Positions 42,678-52,864 of a stretch of 64,000 nt of DNA are shown in pieces. Origin of the DNA: Gammaproteobacteria bacterium. GTDB lineage: Bacteria > Pseudomonadota > Gammaproteobacteria > Ga0077536. The translations under genes and the position numbers were made by a program. The DNA is taken from positions 448,001 through 512,000 of the forward strand of contig CAXXLL010000002.1 of NCBI GenBank assembly GCA_963662545.2, given 5' to 3'. Every line of letters starts with the position of its first letter. The stretch's first letter is position 1. Under the pieces are notes generated by a model. It saw only the letters and a list, made by a program, of their open reading frames with translations. It was not told the origin of the DNA and made no database searches.

Positions 42678-43373
42678 GACCTATTAATACCCATCTATGC
42701 GTACCTTCAGCCGCGTAGGTAACACGACGAGGCGTGCAAGTTTCAAATAGATACACTGCCGTGAGTTAACTAGAAGGGCTTGCTGATTTTGGTGCATAAG
42801 TCCCAAATATTTCATCGACGTTCACGATGCAAATCAGCCTTTGCCACCAGACCTCTATCTTCATTTTCGAGACTGCTTTCTAGAGATATTGGCTGAGGAA
42901 GTAAGCACTGAACAGGCATTAGGGCTTAAACGAAGAAAGAAACCGCCAGCAGATCCACAAAAACGAATCACTATTGCCGCGACCTTCCTAGATCGATTAT
43001 TAAAAGGCGATTTATGGGATGCGGCGTGCGCCTATGCCGCCGGGCTACATCACGTATCCAAGAGCTCCGTCGAAAAGAATTGGAAAAATTTTCGACTTGA
43101 AGCTGTCGCTGCTGTCTCTAGTGCTCGACGCAAACGTGGCGAAATCGGTTGGTCCGAGATTGAAAAAGATCGTCTGCATAACCTACTCGATGAGCAGAAT
43201 CAGCTAGCACAAGCTCTCATCAGGACAGCCCGCAACGACTGCGGAGAATTTCCGTAGTTTTCTTTCGCATACAATTTCCGGTGAATTAACGAGTATCCGG
43301 CGCTATTTTATCTCCTGAAACTACGCACAAGTGTGTGAGGTCATTCAAGCGCGAATGAATTCAGGAGCCCCAA

Positions 43374-43622
43374 ATGTCGGATTTCTCTTTCAATCTTGAG
43401 GACGAAGGTTACGCAGGATTCCCCGAAGCTGAAAAGATCGCCAACCGATCTAAGCCCACCATCTGGCGCTGGTGCAATGAATCCTTATTCCCTTCCCCTC
43501 ACCGCCTGAAAAGCCCCTCCGGGAAAAGCGTGTTTCTAGGTTTCCGCCGATCGGAGCTTCGCGAGTGGGTTAGAGACCCGGCCGCCTGGGTGGAAAAGCA
43601 ACGCGGGAAGGCGGCTGCGTGA
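43374..43622 (+). CDS. AlpA-family HTH regulator
   Basis: SKPTIWRW....FPSP..L.......GFRRSELREW. Confidence 0.8.
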   Translation: MSDFSFNLEDEGYAGFPEAEKIANRSKPTIWRWCNESLFPSPHRLKSPSGKSVFLGFRRSELREWVRDPAAWVEKQRGKAAA

Positions 43623-43807
43623 TGGCCAACCCGATTGATTCTCTCCGCACCAAGCTTGCGCGCTTCGTCGCTACGAATGATCTTTCTGTCGATGAGGTGA
43701 ATCTTTTACACGCCCTGCTTAGTGGACGAGACACCGAAGTCGCGCCAACAGAGTTTGTAGGGACTGAATTCACCGTCACCGCGGCAGAAGACCATGTGAT
43801 CATCTAG
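43622..43807 (+). CDS. Hypothetical satellite protein
   Basis: Coupled to the alpA stop. Confidence 0.45.
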   Translation: MANPIDSLRTKLARFVATNDLSVDEVNLLHALLSGRDTEVAPTEFVGTEFTVTAAEDHVII

Positions 43808-43815
43808 GTGATCGC

Positions 43816-44235
43816 ATGACGCCCTCAGAGAAAATTCTGTCGCGCCTTGACGCCGTTCAACAGCGCGCCCCTGGCAAATGGCTTGCTCGATGTCCGGCCC
43901 ATGACGACAAACGCCCATCATTAAGTGTCCAAGTAGCAGAAGACGGCGAAACACTGTTGGCTCATTGTTTTGCGGGTTGTCCGCCCGGCGACGTGTTGAG
44001 CGCAGTCGGCCTCAATCTCGCCGACCTATACGCGACCCGGTACGAACATAAGGGCCGCAAAGGTCCCCATTTCACGGCGAAAGACGCGTTGTTGACCCTC
44101 GATTTCGAATTACTGTTCCTGTCGGTGCTGGCGTCAGATATGCAAGCTGGGCGACCTGTTAATGACAGCGATATTGAACGGCTCGCCCTTGCAGGACGGC
44201 GTATAGAAAGGATGCGGGAAATCTGCCGTGTTTGA
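43816..44235 (+). CDS. Primase-type zinc-binding domain protein
   Basis: ARCPAHDDKRPSLS...HCFAGC. Confidence 0.85.
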   Translation: MTPSEKILSRLDAVQQRAPGKWLARCPAHDDKRPSLSVQVAEDGETLLAHCFAGCPPGDVLSAVGLNLADLYATRYEHKGRKGPHFTAKDALLTLDFELLFLSVLASDMQAGRPVNDSDIERLALAGRRIERMREICRV

Positions 44236-45772
44236 AGCTGCACGAGCACACGACACGGAAACATGCCGGGAAGAAGCGACCAGGAAACTAGACAACATAC
44301 CGTCACTTCTCCCGGTATCGCTACCAGATGGCCTGCCAGATGTACCCGAATTTGACATGCGCCTATTACCCGAAGCATTACGCGGATGGGTTCAGGACAT
44401 AGCAGATCGCCTGCAATGCCCACCTGATTACCCTTCTGTCGGTTCTGTCAGTTCACTGTCGGCGGTCGTGGGACGACAAATTCATATCCGGCCCAAGCGA
44501 AAAGACGATTGGATGGTGGTGCCAAATCTATGGGGAGCGATCGTCGGCCCGCCCGGAATTCAGAAGACGCCCGCCATTACAGAGACCCTAAAACCATTAC
44601 GTGCGCTAGAAGCTCAAGCCCGCGACGCTCATGAAATCGCACTCCAGGGATTTGAAGTAGAAAAGATGGTGGCCGAGGCAACAGCCAAAGCCACTAGGGA
44701 GAAAGTAGCTAAAGCCGTAAAGAATGGTGATGACGCAAAAGCCGCTGCAATGGAGGGCCTTGATGATGAGCCCGAGGAGCCTCAACGCCGACGCTATATG
44801 ACTAGCGATCCTACCGTCGAAAAGTTGGGTGAGTTACTAGCAGCGAATCCACGCGGCATTCTGGTATTCCGCGACTAATTGACCGGATTCCTTAAAGACC
44901 TTGACCGCAGCGGGCGTGAGGGTGCACGCGCGTTCTATCTTGAGTCATGGAACGGAACAGGGAGTTTTACCTACGACCGGATTTCTAGAGGCACGATCGA
45001 CATTGAAGCCTGTTGCGTTTCAATCCTTGGCACGATCCAGCCAGGCCCGCTCAGTCAGTACATCGAATCAGCTTCCAAAGGTGGTGCCGGCGATGACGGG
45101 CTTATCCAGCGATTTCAATTATTGGTGTGGCCAGATCCACCGCGCGTATGGCGAAACGTCGATCGCTGGCCGGATACCGAAGCAAGGCGGACAGCTCGCG
45201 CAGTATTTGACCGCCTTAATGAAATCGACCATGCAGCTTTAGGTACTGAGATCGACGAGGATGCTCGCTATCTCCGATTCGACGATCAGGGGCAAAACCT
45301 CTTTGATGAGTGGCGCAGTGACCTAGAGAATCGATTGCGAAGCGATGAGTTGCCTCCCGCCCTGCAATCGCATCTCGCCAAGTACCGCAGCCTGATCCCG
45401 TCCCTCGCCCTTCTAATCCATCTCGCCGACTCACCAACCGGCGGACCCGTAACCGAAAATGCATTGATCCGAGCCTGCGGGTGGGGGGAATACCTCGAGG
45501 GGCACGCACAACGGCTCTACAGCCCGGCACTTGACCCGGCGATGTCTGCGGCCCGTGAGCTCGATCGGCACATGCTCAGGGGTGATGTACCCAACGAATT
45601 CGCCGCCCGCGACATCTACCGAAAGGGCTGGCGGTTGCTAGACCGCGAAGGCACCTACAAGGCCCTCGACATTATGGCGGATTACAACCGAGTACGTCAG
45701 GTCGAGCAGTTAACGGAAGGGCGAACAGCGCAGGTTTGGCGTGTTCACCCCGATCTTTGGAGGGCAGTTTGA
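44228..45772 (+). pseudogene. DUF3987/YfjI-family replication ATPase with an in-frame nonsense codon
   Basis: PNLWG..VGPPGIQKT (Walker A), LVFRD*LTG (TAA at 44876-44878 where Walker B Glu is expected), SILGTIQP, DGLIQRF; same frame on both sides. Confidence 0.85.
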
Positions 45773-46125
45773 TGGGCTGGCTTGAACGTCTTGATTCGCT
45801 GGAAACGCCCAGTACGTGTACTGACATAACCGACAAAAGCCCTTCTGTCAGTAATGTCAGTACGGACCCTAGGCGCTTTCAACAGAAAAACGAGGTATTC
45901 ATGCGCGTGGTTGGCGATGAGACCTACCAACTGACACCGGAGGAAACCAAGGGCGCGACCGCCTGCAACATGGTGACATGCCTACGCTGTCAGAACCTGT
46001 CCCGGCATGGCGTCTGCTGGCCCAAGAGCACCCCGAAAACTAAGTACCGCCCACTCGAATATGAACCGGTGATGCTCTGGCGTCGATGTGATGATTACAA
46101 AAGAATTAATTCGCTCAAGGACTAG
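45772..46125 (+). CDS. Hypothetical Cys-containing protein overlapping putative ori repeats
   Basis: Coupled to the upstream stop; C..C.......C. Confidence 0.5.
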   Translation: MGWLERLDSLETPSTCTDITDKSPSVSNVSTDPRRFQQKNEVFMRVVGDETYQLTPEETKGATACNMVTCLRCQNLSRHGVCWPKSTPKTKYRPLEYEPVMLWRRCDDYKRINSLKD

Positions 46126-46159
46126 TTAACGGCTAATTGATCTAAACAACGGAAGAGCA

Positions 46160-46558
46160 ATGCCATTTGAAAAAGGACAGAGCGGCAACCCGGACGGCCG
46201 GCCCAAAGGCACAGGCGATAAACGCACAGCTCTACGTGCGCTATTGGAGCCGAACGCGGAGAAGTTGGTATCGAAGGCAGTAGAAATGGCCCTCAGCGGA
46301 GACGGTCCCATGCTGAAGCTCTGCATCGAACGCCTAGTCCCCGCGTATCGGCCTGAGGGTATGACGATTCAGCTACCCGGCTTGAAGGCTGCCGAAACTA
46401 TTACCGACCAAGGTAAAGCAGCAATCTCTGCGATGGCTGATGGTGAGTTATCGATAACCGACGCCGGCACGTTGCTGACAGCCATCGCGCAGCAGCTTCG
46501 TATTTACGAATTTGAAGATCTGGAGAAACGCATCGCCATTTTGGAGAAAAGCCGATGA
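46160..46558 (+). CDS. DUF5681/terminase small subunit-like protein
   Basis: MPFEKGQSGNPDGRPKG...AL.GD...LKLCIERL.P. Confidence 0.8.
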   Translation: MPFEKGQSGNPDGRPKGTGDKRTALRALLEPNAEKLVSKAVEMALSGDGPMLKLCIERLVPAYRPEGMTIQLPGLKAAETITDQGKAAISAMADGELSITDAGTLLTAIAQQLRIYEFEDLEKRIAILEKSR

Positions 46559-46746
46559 GTATCAAATCCCGAATCGTAAAACTCGAAGCAGCGAAAGGGG
46601 CATTCAAGCAACTATGCATAATTCGTGATGATGACGAAACGGAGGAAGCTGCGATAGATCGCTACTGTACCGAGCATGAAATCCGGGAAGAAGCACGTGA
46701 TAAATATAGCTGGTTTGTGATGACAGAGCAGGAAGCGGCATTTTGA
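46555..46746 (+). CDS. Small hypothetical protein (paralog of 47109-47291)
   Basis: SIKSRI..LE...D.E....AI.RYC.EH. Confidence 0.6.
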   Translation: MSIKSRIVKLEAAKGAFKQLCIIRDDDETEEAAIDRYCTEHEIREEARDKYSWFVMTEQEAAF

Positions 46747-47108
46747 ATACCGAACCGCAAACTGGCCGAGAAACAGTCGATGGAATTTTGGACGACCTGT
46801 ACGTGAAACCGGATTCGATTCGGGAGTTGGAGAAATTGAGGAAGCTACGTGCGTTGTCACCACTATCGAGACGGGCCTTTCGAATAGCGACGACCGCTTT
46901 AATTAAGGCTCGCGTTTACGGGCCTGCCTCTCTTCTGGAGTCCGAGCCCACCCAATTACCGAAAGCAGAACGAGAAGACCCGAGCAGGCTACGACAGCAA
47001 AGAGGATTTCAATGATCCCGTACCCCCTTGCCAGCGTAGTGAAGCCGCCGAAGATTGCGCCTAATACAGCCCAGTCAAGATATTTATTAATTGCGGTTGG
47101 AAAATACC

Positions 47109-47291
47109 ATGAGAAGCATAAAAGGACGAATTGAGGCGCTCGAACGTGTAAGAGATCCGGGATTTATCTTGGTCTTCGGCACCGATGACGAAGATCCGGA
47201 CGAAGCGATTAAACGCTACTGCTTGGAGCACGGTCTCGATCGTGAACGACATGCCCTCATATTTATGGACGAAACTGAACAAAATTTCTAG
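47109..47291 (+). CDS. Small hypothetical protein (paralog of 46555-46746)
   Basis: SIKGRI..LE...DDE....AI.RYC.EH. Confidence 0.6.
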   Translation: MRSIKGRIEALERVRDPGFILVFGTDDEDPDEAIKRYCLEHGLDRERHALIFMDETEQNF

Positions 47292-47383
47292 AACAGTCCG
47301 CAAGATGAACGTAAACCACACTGTTTTTGCACCCAGCGGCAGATTGTCGTAAGGAAGAAGCTGGCAGATAGCCTTCATCCGAA

Positions 47384-47608
47384 ATGGAAGACCAAAGGAC
47401 AATGTTTCTGACGGCTGGCGAGATCCAGGAATTGACCGACAGAAAGCGATTCAAAGATCAAATTCGATGGTTTGAGGAACGCGCATATCGCTTCGAAATC
47501 TCAACAATCGGACGCCCAAAGGTAATGCGCGAGGAAATCGAACGCCGGCTACTCAGTGTCCCCCGCAAAAAGTCCGACCGTGGCCCCCGCCTTGAGCTGG
47601 TGAAGTAG
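47384..47608 (+). CDS. DUF4224 excisionase-like protein
   Basis: FLT..EI.ELT.RKR...Q..W.......F.....GRP.V; directly before the integrase. Confidence 0.8.
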   Translation: MEDQRTMFLTAGEIQELTDRKRFKDQIRWFEERAYRFEISTIGRPKVMREEIERRLLSVPRKKSDRGPRLELVK

Positions 47609-47939
47609 ATGACGCCTGGTCGCCAAAAGAAGCACAACCCCGGCTTACCGCAGCGGATGCGGCAGAAGGGAAAAGCGTACTACTACGTCAAAAATCAGAA
47701 ATGGATGAAGATTGGCGACACCTACGCCGAAGCAATTGCCAGATGGCAGGAGCTTGAAGGCGTCACGCTAAAGGGTTCGACTGTAGGGCATGCCATAGAC
47801 CGATACCTCCTAGAAATCCTCCCTGAGAAAGCCCAGGCCACCCAACGCGAATACAAACGCTACGCGATCAGGCTCCGCGAAGTATTCGGTGACACGCTCC
47901 TCGAATACATCGAGCAAACCCACATCGCCCAGTATCTAG

Positions 47940-49642
47940 CTAGTGTGCATCCCTAAACGCGATGCGGTTGAAATAAAAAGGAAAATTTGTCGCTTAAGGG
48001 ATCGAAACCTCCGGTGGGTCGTGATCTAATGGAACTTCAAACCTCTGATTTTCCACACAATCATCGACACCACAGGAGGGGGAATGCGTCAGAAACGCAC
48101 GGCCCAAGCGAGTATATACGAGCTGTTTGCTGACCATGACCTGGGGCGAGAGCTGCAGGGCATGTCCGAGTGGCTCGATGCTCACCCCAAGGTCCTCACG
48201 CCGGTCATGAACGATCTGTGTCGGCGGGGTTTGAAGCCCACCGGTCGACGCGGACTGTCGGCGGAGTCGGTGCTGCGCTGCGCGGTGCTCAAGCAGCACC
48301 GGCAATTGAGTTACGAGGAGCTGGCCTTTCACCTGCAGGACTCGGCGAGCTTTCAGGCCTTCGCCCGGTTGCCGGGTAATGAACGTCCGAAGAAGTCTGC
48401 CTTACAGCGGGTGGTCTCGGCGATCCAGGTATCGACGTGGGAGTCTATTCATCGCGCCCTGCTGGCGACGGCGAAAGAGACGCGCATTGAGCCGGCACAG
48501 CGTGTACGGATTGATAGCACGGTAACGGACAGTGCCATCCACGCGCCGAGCGACAGTCATCTGCTGTGGGATGGCGTGCGTGTTGTGGTTCGTCTGCTCG
48601 CACAGGCGCGCGAGTTGCCTGGCGCGCCGGAGTTGTGCTTCGTGAACCACACTCGATTGGCGAAGAAGCGTGCGCGGGCGCTGTGGTATGCGCGTGGTGC
48701 GAAGCAACGCCAACGTCTGTATCGCGATTTGATTGGGGCGACGCGTTCAACCTTGGAAGCGGTAGCGAGGGTACGTGAGCAGCTGCTGAGCCCGGGCGTC
48801 ACCGGCGTTGAACTGCCGGACTGGCTAGCGCAGGTAGCGCACTACGAAACACTTGTTCTGCAGGTGATTTCGCAAACTGAGCGGCGGGTGTTCGGCGGTG
48901 AGAAGGTCCCCGCGAGCGAGAAGTGCGTGAGCTTGTTCGAGCCGCATACCGACATCATCATAAAGGGTGCGCGCGACGTTCAGTACGGACACAAAATCAA
49001 TCTGGCTTCGGGGCGCAGTGGCCTCATCCTCGACGTGGTCATCGAGCGAGGCAATCCGGTCGATAGTCAGCGCTTCATGCCGATGCTCGAACGGCATCGA
49101 ACACACTACGGGACGATGCCACGACAGGTCGCCGCCGATGGCGGCTATGCGAGCCTCGACAATCTCCGGGCGGCGAAAGCAGAAGGCATCGAAGACGTTG
49201 CCTTCCACAAGAAGCGCGGGCTCGCGATCGCCGACATGGTCAAGAGTCAGTGGGTCTATCGACGCTTGCGCAACTTCCGCGCCGGCATCGAGGCCGGTAT
49301 CTCCTGCCTGAAGCGTGCATACGGATTGGCACGTTGCACCTGGAAGAGCCTGCCGCACTTCGAAGCCTACGTGTGGTCTTCTGTGGTCGCCTACAACCTC
49401 AGCCTGCTCGCGCGCTATCAACTCGAATAGCGACGTTCACTCGCACTAACTGACCTCCTCGATATCGTCGAACGGGCGACTTTGGGTTGCAGCGCTCTGC
49501 GGCCGGCGAACGTACTCACAATTACGCTCGAAGAGCCCTTCGACCCCCACCGAACCGCCGCTACCGCTCCAACAACCTACTTTCAACACCTCGATTTCTC
49601 CGTGCCCATCGAAGAAAATGCCTGTTTATGGACGGACACTAG
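47940..49642 (+). mobile_element. ISNCY/IS5-like insertion sequence, copy 2
   Basis: Same 1703-bp element as 26772-28474; one difference noticed (26847 A vs 48016 G region). Confidence 0.93.
48084..49430 (+). CDS. DDE transposase (ISNCY-type)
   Basis: Protein identical to 26916-28262. Confidence 0.92.
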   Translation: MRQKRTAQASIYELFADHDLGRELQGMSEWLDAHPKVLTPVMNDLCRRGLKPTGRRGLSAESVLRCAVLKQHRQLSYEELAFHLQDSASFQAFARLPGNERPKKSALQRVVSAIQVSTWESIHRALLATAKETRIEPAQRVRIDSTVTDSAIHAPSDSHLLWDGVRVVVRLLAQARELPGAPELCFVNHTRLAKKRARALWYARGAKQRQRLYRDLIGATRSTLEAVARVREQLLSPGVTGVELPDWLAQVAHYETLVLQVISQTERRVFGGEKVPASEKCVSLFEPHTDIIIKGARDVQYGHKINLASGRSGLILDVVIERGNPVDSQRFMPMLERHRTHYGTMPRQVAADGGYASLDNLRAAKAEGIEDVAFHKKRGLAIADMVKSQWVYRRLRNFRAGIEAGISCLKRAYGLARCTWKSLPHFEAYVWSSVVAYNLSLLARYQLE

Positions 49643-49823
49643 ATAGGCGAACATCCAAGTACGAGGCCAACCGGGAAGTGGCCATGCTGTCGAGCGTATT
49701 CAACGGAGCGCTGCGATGGGGCTGGTGTAAGCGCAAGGTAACCGGTCAATCCAGGCCGTTATTCACGGTCTCGGGCAGATGGTTTAGTTTGCCAGGTTTC
49801 CCAGTCAATCGGGAGCTTGGTAA

Positions 49824-50114
49824 ATGAATGATCACGGAAAACCTCGGAACAAACGACGTAGTGCGGATGAGTGGCGTGGCCTATTAGCGGAGCAGGCACA
49901 AAGCGGTTCATCGATCCGCGCATTCTGTGCTGAGCGAGGAATTGGATATTCGACGTTCAGTAAAAGGAAGTCGAGGTCAGCGAGGGACGCTCAGATAGGG
50001 AAGGCGGAAACACGTTTCGTCGAGTTGGCCCCGTTACAACCATTAACCAATGCACAATGGGATATCGAGTTAGCGCTCGGTGATGACATCGTGCTACGTG
50101 TGTCACGGCACTGA
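49824..50114 (+). CDS. tnpA: IS66 accessory protein TnpA
   Basis: W.......QSG.SIRAFC...GI..STF; FVEL. Confidence 0.85.
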   Translation: MNDHGKPRNKRRSADEWRGLLAEQAQSGSSIRAFCAERGIGYSTFSKRKSRSARDAQIGKAETRFVELAPLQPLTNAQWDIELALGDDIVLRVSRH

Positions 50115-50482
50115 TGTGGTCGCCCCCATCGGGTTTGCGTATATGGTTATGTCGGGCACCGACTGATATGCGTCAATCGTTCCATGGTTTATCGGCGTTG
50201 GTGCGGCAGGCGTTACACGAGGAGCCCCTCGATGGGGCACTGTACGTTTTCGTCAATCGCCGGCGTACGTTATTAAAAGCGCTGTACTTTGAGTCGGACG
50301 GATATTGTCTGTGGAGTAAGAAACTCGAACGCGGTCAGTTCCAGGTTCGGTGGAATAGCGAGGTCAAACAGCGGCTGCAACGCAGCGAATGGCAGTGCAT
50401 TATTGAAGGGATCGATCTACGCTCAGTGCGTCGATTAAAACGGTTTCGATTACCGGAAAACGATCGACGGTCAGCAGTGTAA
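50114..50482 (+). CDS. tnpB: IS66 accessory protein TnpB
   Basis: TDMRQSFHGL, VFVNRRR, KKLERGQF. Confidence 0.92.
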   Translation: MWSPPSGLRIWLCRAPTDMRQSFHGLSALVRQALHEEPLDGALYVFVNRRRTLLKALYFESDGYCLWSKKLERGQFQVRWNSEVKQRLQRSEWQCIIEGIDLRSVRRLKRFRLPENDRRSAV

Positions 50483-50500
50483 ACGGTACAATACGTACCC

Positions 50501-52084
50501 ATGAATGGGGGTTATGCAACGCCGGAAATATCACTTGATGCGGCGGTGTTACAAGCGGAAAACACAGCCCTCAAAACGCAGGTCGCCACACTCACCCAAC
50601 AACTCGACTGGTTCAAACGCCAACTGTTCGGTCGCAAGTCTGAACGGCGGCTGATTGATCCCAATCCCGATCAACGGTTACTCAATGGCTTCGAGGATGA
50701 GTCGTCATCGACGGCGGCGGTTGAGAAAGAAACGATCACTTATCAGCGGCGCAAAGGAAAGCGCCGTGGCGATGATTGTGTGACTGATCAAGGGTTACGT
50801 TTCGATGACTCGGTGCCGATTGAATGCATCCAATTGTCGGTACCTGAAGATGTCGCGGATGCGTTTGAAGCGAGCAGTGAAAAGATCACCTATCGTTTAG
50901 CGCAACGGCCGGCGGCCTATGTGGTCTTGAAGTACATCCAACCGGTAGTGAAGCGCAAAAGCGACGGTCAGATCTTCACGATCCCGGCGCCCGATGGTCT
51001 GTGGTCCGGCTCATTGGCGGATGTGAGTGTGGTTGCGGGGATGCTGGTTGATAAGTTCGCTTATCACCTGCCGCTGTACCGTCAACATCAACGAATGGGG
51101 CTGAACGGCATTACCGTGGCGCGGTCGAGTCTGACGCACTGGGTGCAGAAGGCAAGTGACCTGTTGAAGCCGATTTATCTGGCGCAGTTGCGGCATATCT
51201 TGTTATCGAAGACGCTGGCGATGGATGAAACGCCGATTAAGGCGGGTCGCTCGGGCAAGGGCAAGATGAACGCGGCGTGGTATTGGCCAATTTATGGCGA
51301 AGCGGATGAGATTGCGTTCACGTTTGCGCGAACCAAGGCGCGGTCGCACATCGACAAAACGTTGGTGGACTTTAAAGGCACCTTACTAACCGATGGCGCC
51401 GCGGCTTATGCGCGTTTTGCCGCCGATCGCGGCGATGAAGTCGTGCATGCGCAATGCTGGGCGCACACGCGTCGTCAGTTCGAAAGGGCATTATCCGATA
51501 GGCCACAAAGTGCGGCGCAGGCACTTGATTTGATCGCGGCACTGTATGCCGTTGAGGCCACCATCCGTGACCAGGCAATGGATGAAGCGGCGACCCAGAC
51601 CTACCGCAGCCGGTACGCCTTGCCTGCGGTTGATGCATTTTTTGCCTGGCTTGACGAGCAACGCCAGTGCATGGGTTTATTACCGAGTCAGCCGTTTACG
51701 AAGGCGCTGGCCTATGCAGCCGAGCGTGAGGGCGCGTTACGTGTTTACTTATCGGATGCGAGCGTCGCGATCGACACGAATCATTTAGAGCGCGCTCTGA
51801 GACCCATTCCGATGGGCCGAAAGAATTGGATGTTCTGTTGGACTGAGGTGGGCGCTGAACACGTTGGGATCATACAAAGTTTGATCTGTACTTGCCGAAT
51901 ACACGGCATTAATCCGTACACCTACCTGGTTGATGTACTCCAGAGGATCGCGATCCATCCGGATAGCGCAGTGGAACAACTCACGCCTCGGGTGTGGAAG
52001 ACATTGTTCGCTACCCAACCGCTGCGTTCTAACTTGGCCGTCGTTACCGCAACACGAGATCAATTACCAGACGCCGCCGTTTGA
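50501..52084 (+). CDS. tnpC: IS66 transposase TnpC
   Basis: LFGRKSE, HLPLYRQ, MDETP, CWAHTRR, IDTNHLERALR, GRKNWMF. Confidence 0.95.
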   Translation: MNGGYATPEISLDAAVLQAENTALKTQVATLTQQLDWFKRQLFGRKSERRLIDPNPDQRLLNGFEDESSSTAAVEKETITYQRRKGKRRGDDCVTDQGLRFDDSVPIECIQLSVPEDVADAFEASSEKITYRLAQRPAAYVVLKYIQPVVKRKSDGQIFTIPAPDGLWSGSLADVSVVAGMLVDKFAYHLPLYRQHQRMGLNGITVARSSLTHWVQKASDLLKPIYLAQLRHILLSKTLAMDETPIKAGRSGKGKMNAAWYWPIYGEADEIAFTFARTKARSHIDKTLVDFKGTLLTDGAAAYARFAADRGDEVVHAQCWAHTRRQFERALSDRPQSAAQALDLIAALYAVEATIRDQAMDEAATQTYRSRYALPAVDAFFAWLDEQRQCMGLLPSQPFTKALAYAAEREGALRVYLSDASVAIDTNHLERALRPIPMGRKNWMFCWTEVGAEHVGIIQSLICTCRIHGINPYTYLVDVLQRIAIHPDSAVEQLTPRVWKTLFATQPLRSNLAVVTATRDQLPDAAV

Positions 52085-52712
52085 CCGGTTACAGCGCAAT
52101 CCCTGTCTTGGTGTCAGGCGCAACCCAGAGAAGCGTAGAGAGCGGTTCCTACTGGATGGCGAGATAGCCCTTGTAAGGACGGCGGCAGGGCCTCAGGTCC
52201 AGTGCATCATGGACTTGGTACTCCTCACGGCCCTGAGGAAGGCGGATGTCCTCAAAATCAAGCTCAGAGACTGGACGCCCGAAGGTCTCCGCGTAGAGGT
52301 CCAGAAGACGGGTAGGGTGCTCATATTCGAGAAGACCCCGGCCCTCGAAGGGGTCTGGAATCGGGCTCGCAAATTGAGGCGCCGTGTAGGGAGTCTCTCG
52401 CTCTTTTGCACCCGAACTGGGCAGGCATATACAACTAGCGGATTTGACTCCATCTGGCGACGAACCTTGCAGAGAGCAGGGGTCAAAGACTTCCGATTTC
52501 ATGACTTGAGAGCCCGCGCTTTGACGGACGCTCAGAAGCAATTCGGGCTAGAATATGCCCAGCTTCTCGCGGCCCACGTAAACATCACGACGACCGAGCG
52601 GTACATCAGAGACCGCCGTTCCAAAATCGTGCGTCCGCTCAAATGAGAAGGATATGAGAAAATGAGAAATGGCCTTTGCCAATATCCTCGCATCTCATTG
52701 ATTGCAAAGACT

Positions 52713-52788
<76 letters not shown>

Positions 52789-52864
52789 AATTCAACCTTT
52801 TCGAGATCCGGCGAACGCCCGGCGGCGCCAACGGGAACCGCGATTTACAGAAAGGAGCGATGAG

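Larger units (their letters stand above)
40013..42804 (+). mobile_element. IS1595-family element with passenger genes (2792 bp)
   Basis: 25-bp perfect IR GGGACTTATGCACCAAAATCAGCAA; 8-bp TSD AAATATTT (40005-40012, 42805-42812). Confidence 0.93.
39909..43257 (+). pseudogene. Hypothetical gene upstream of alpA, interrupted by IS1595
   Basis: GAGGAG SD; MDYTTQEKRDIF...LMKYF joins in frame with IDVHDANQPLPPDLYLHF... (42813 onward) when the IS and one TSD are removed. Confidence 0.8.
49738..52092 (+). mobile_element. IS66-family element
   Basis: IR GTAACCGGTCAA / TTGACCGGTTAC; 8-bp TSD AGCGCAAG / AGCGCAAT; three-ORF layout. Confidence 0.93.
47609..52646 (+). pseudogene. Phage-type tyrosine integrase split into three pieces by ISNCY and IS66
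   Basis: 47609-47939 + 49643-49737 + 52101-52646 read continuously (AQYL-DRRTSKYEANREVAMLS...WGWCKR-NPC...). Catalytic LTALR, FHDLR, H....TERY. Confidence 0.9.
24202..52712. mobile_element. Integrated phage-satellite-like genomic island in tRNA-Thr (decaying)
   Basis: Flanked by tRNA-Thr 5'-half repeats; AlpA-primase-DUF3987-TerS-like-xis-int module at the right end; AT-richer cargo; no recognisable capsid or tail genes. Confidence 0.88.

Noticed and set aside
44876-44878. Programmed readthrough (Sec/Pyl) in the DUF3987 gene
   Set aside because: The codon is TAA at a conserved Glu position; a GAA>TAA mutation or sequencing error is simpler.
51930-52100. N-terminus of ORF 51930-52646
   Set aside because: It is IS66 sequence in another frame; the integrase part resumes at about 52093-52101.
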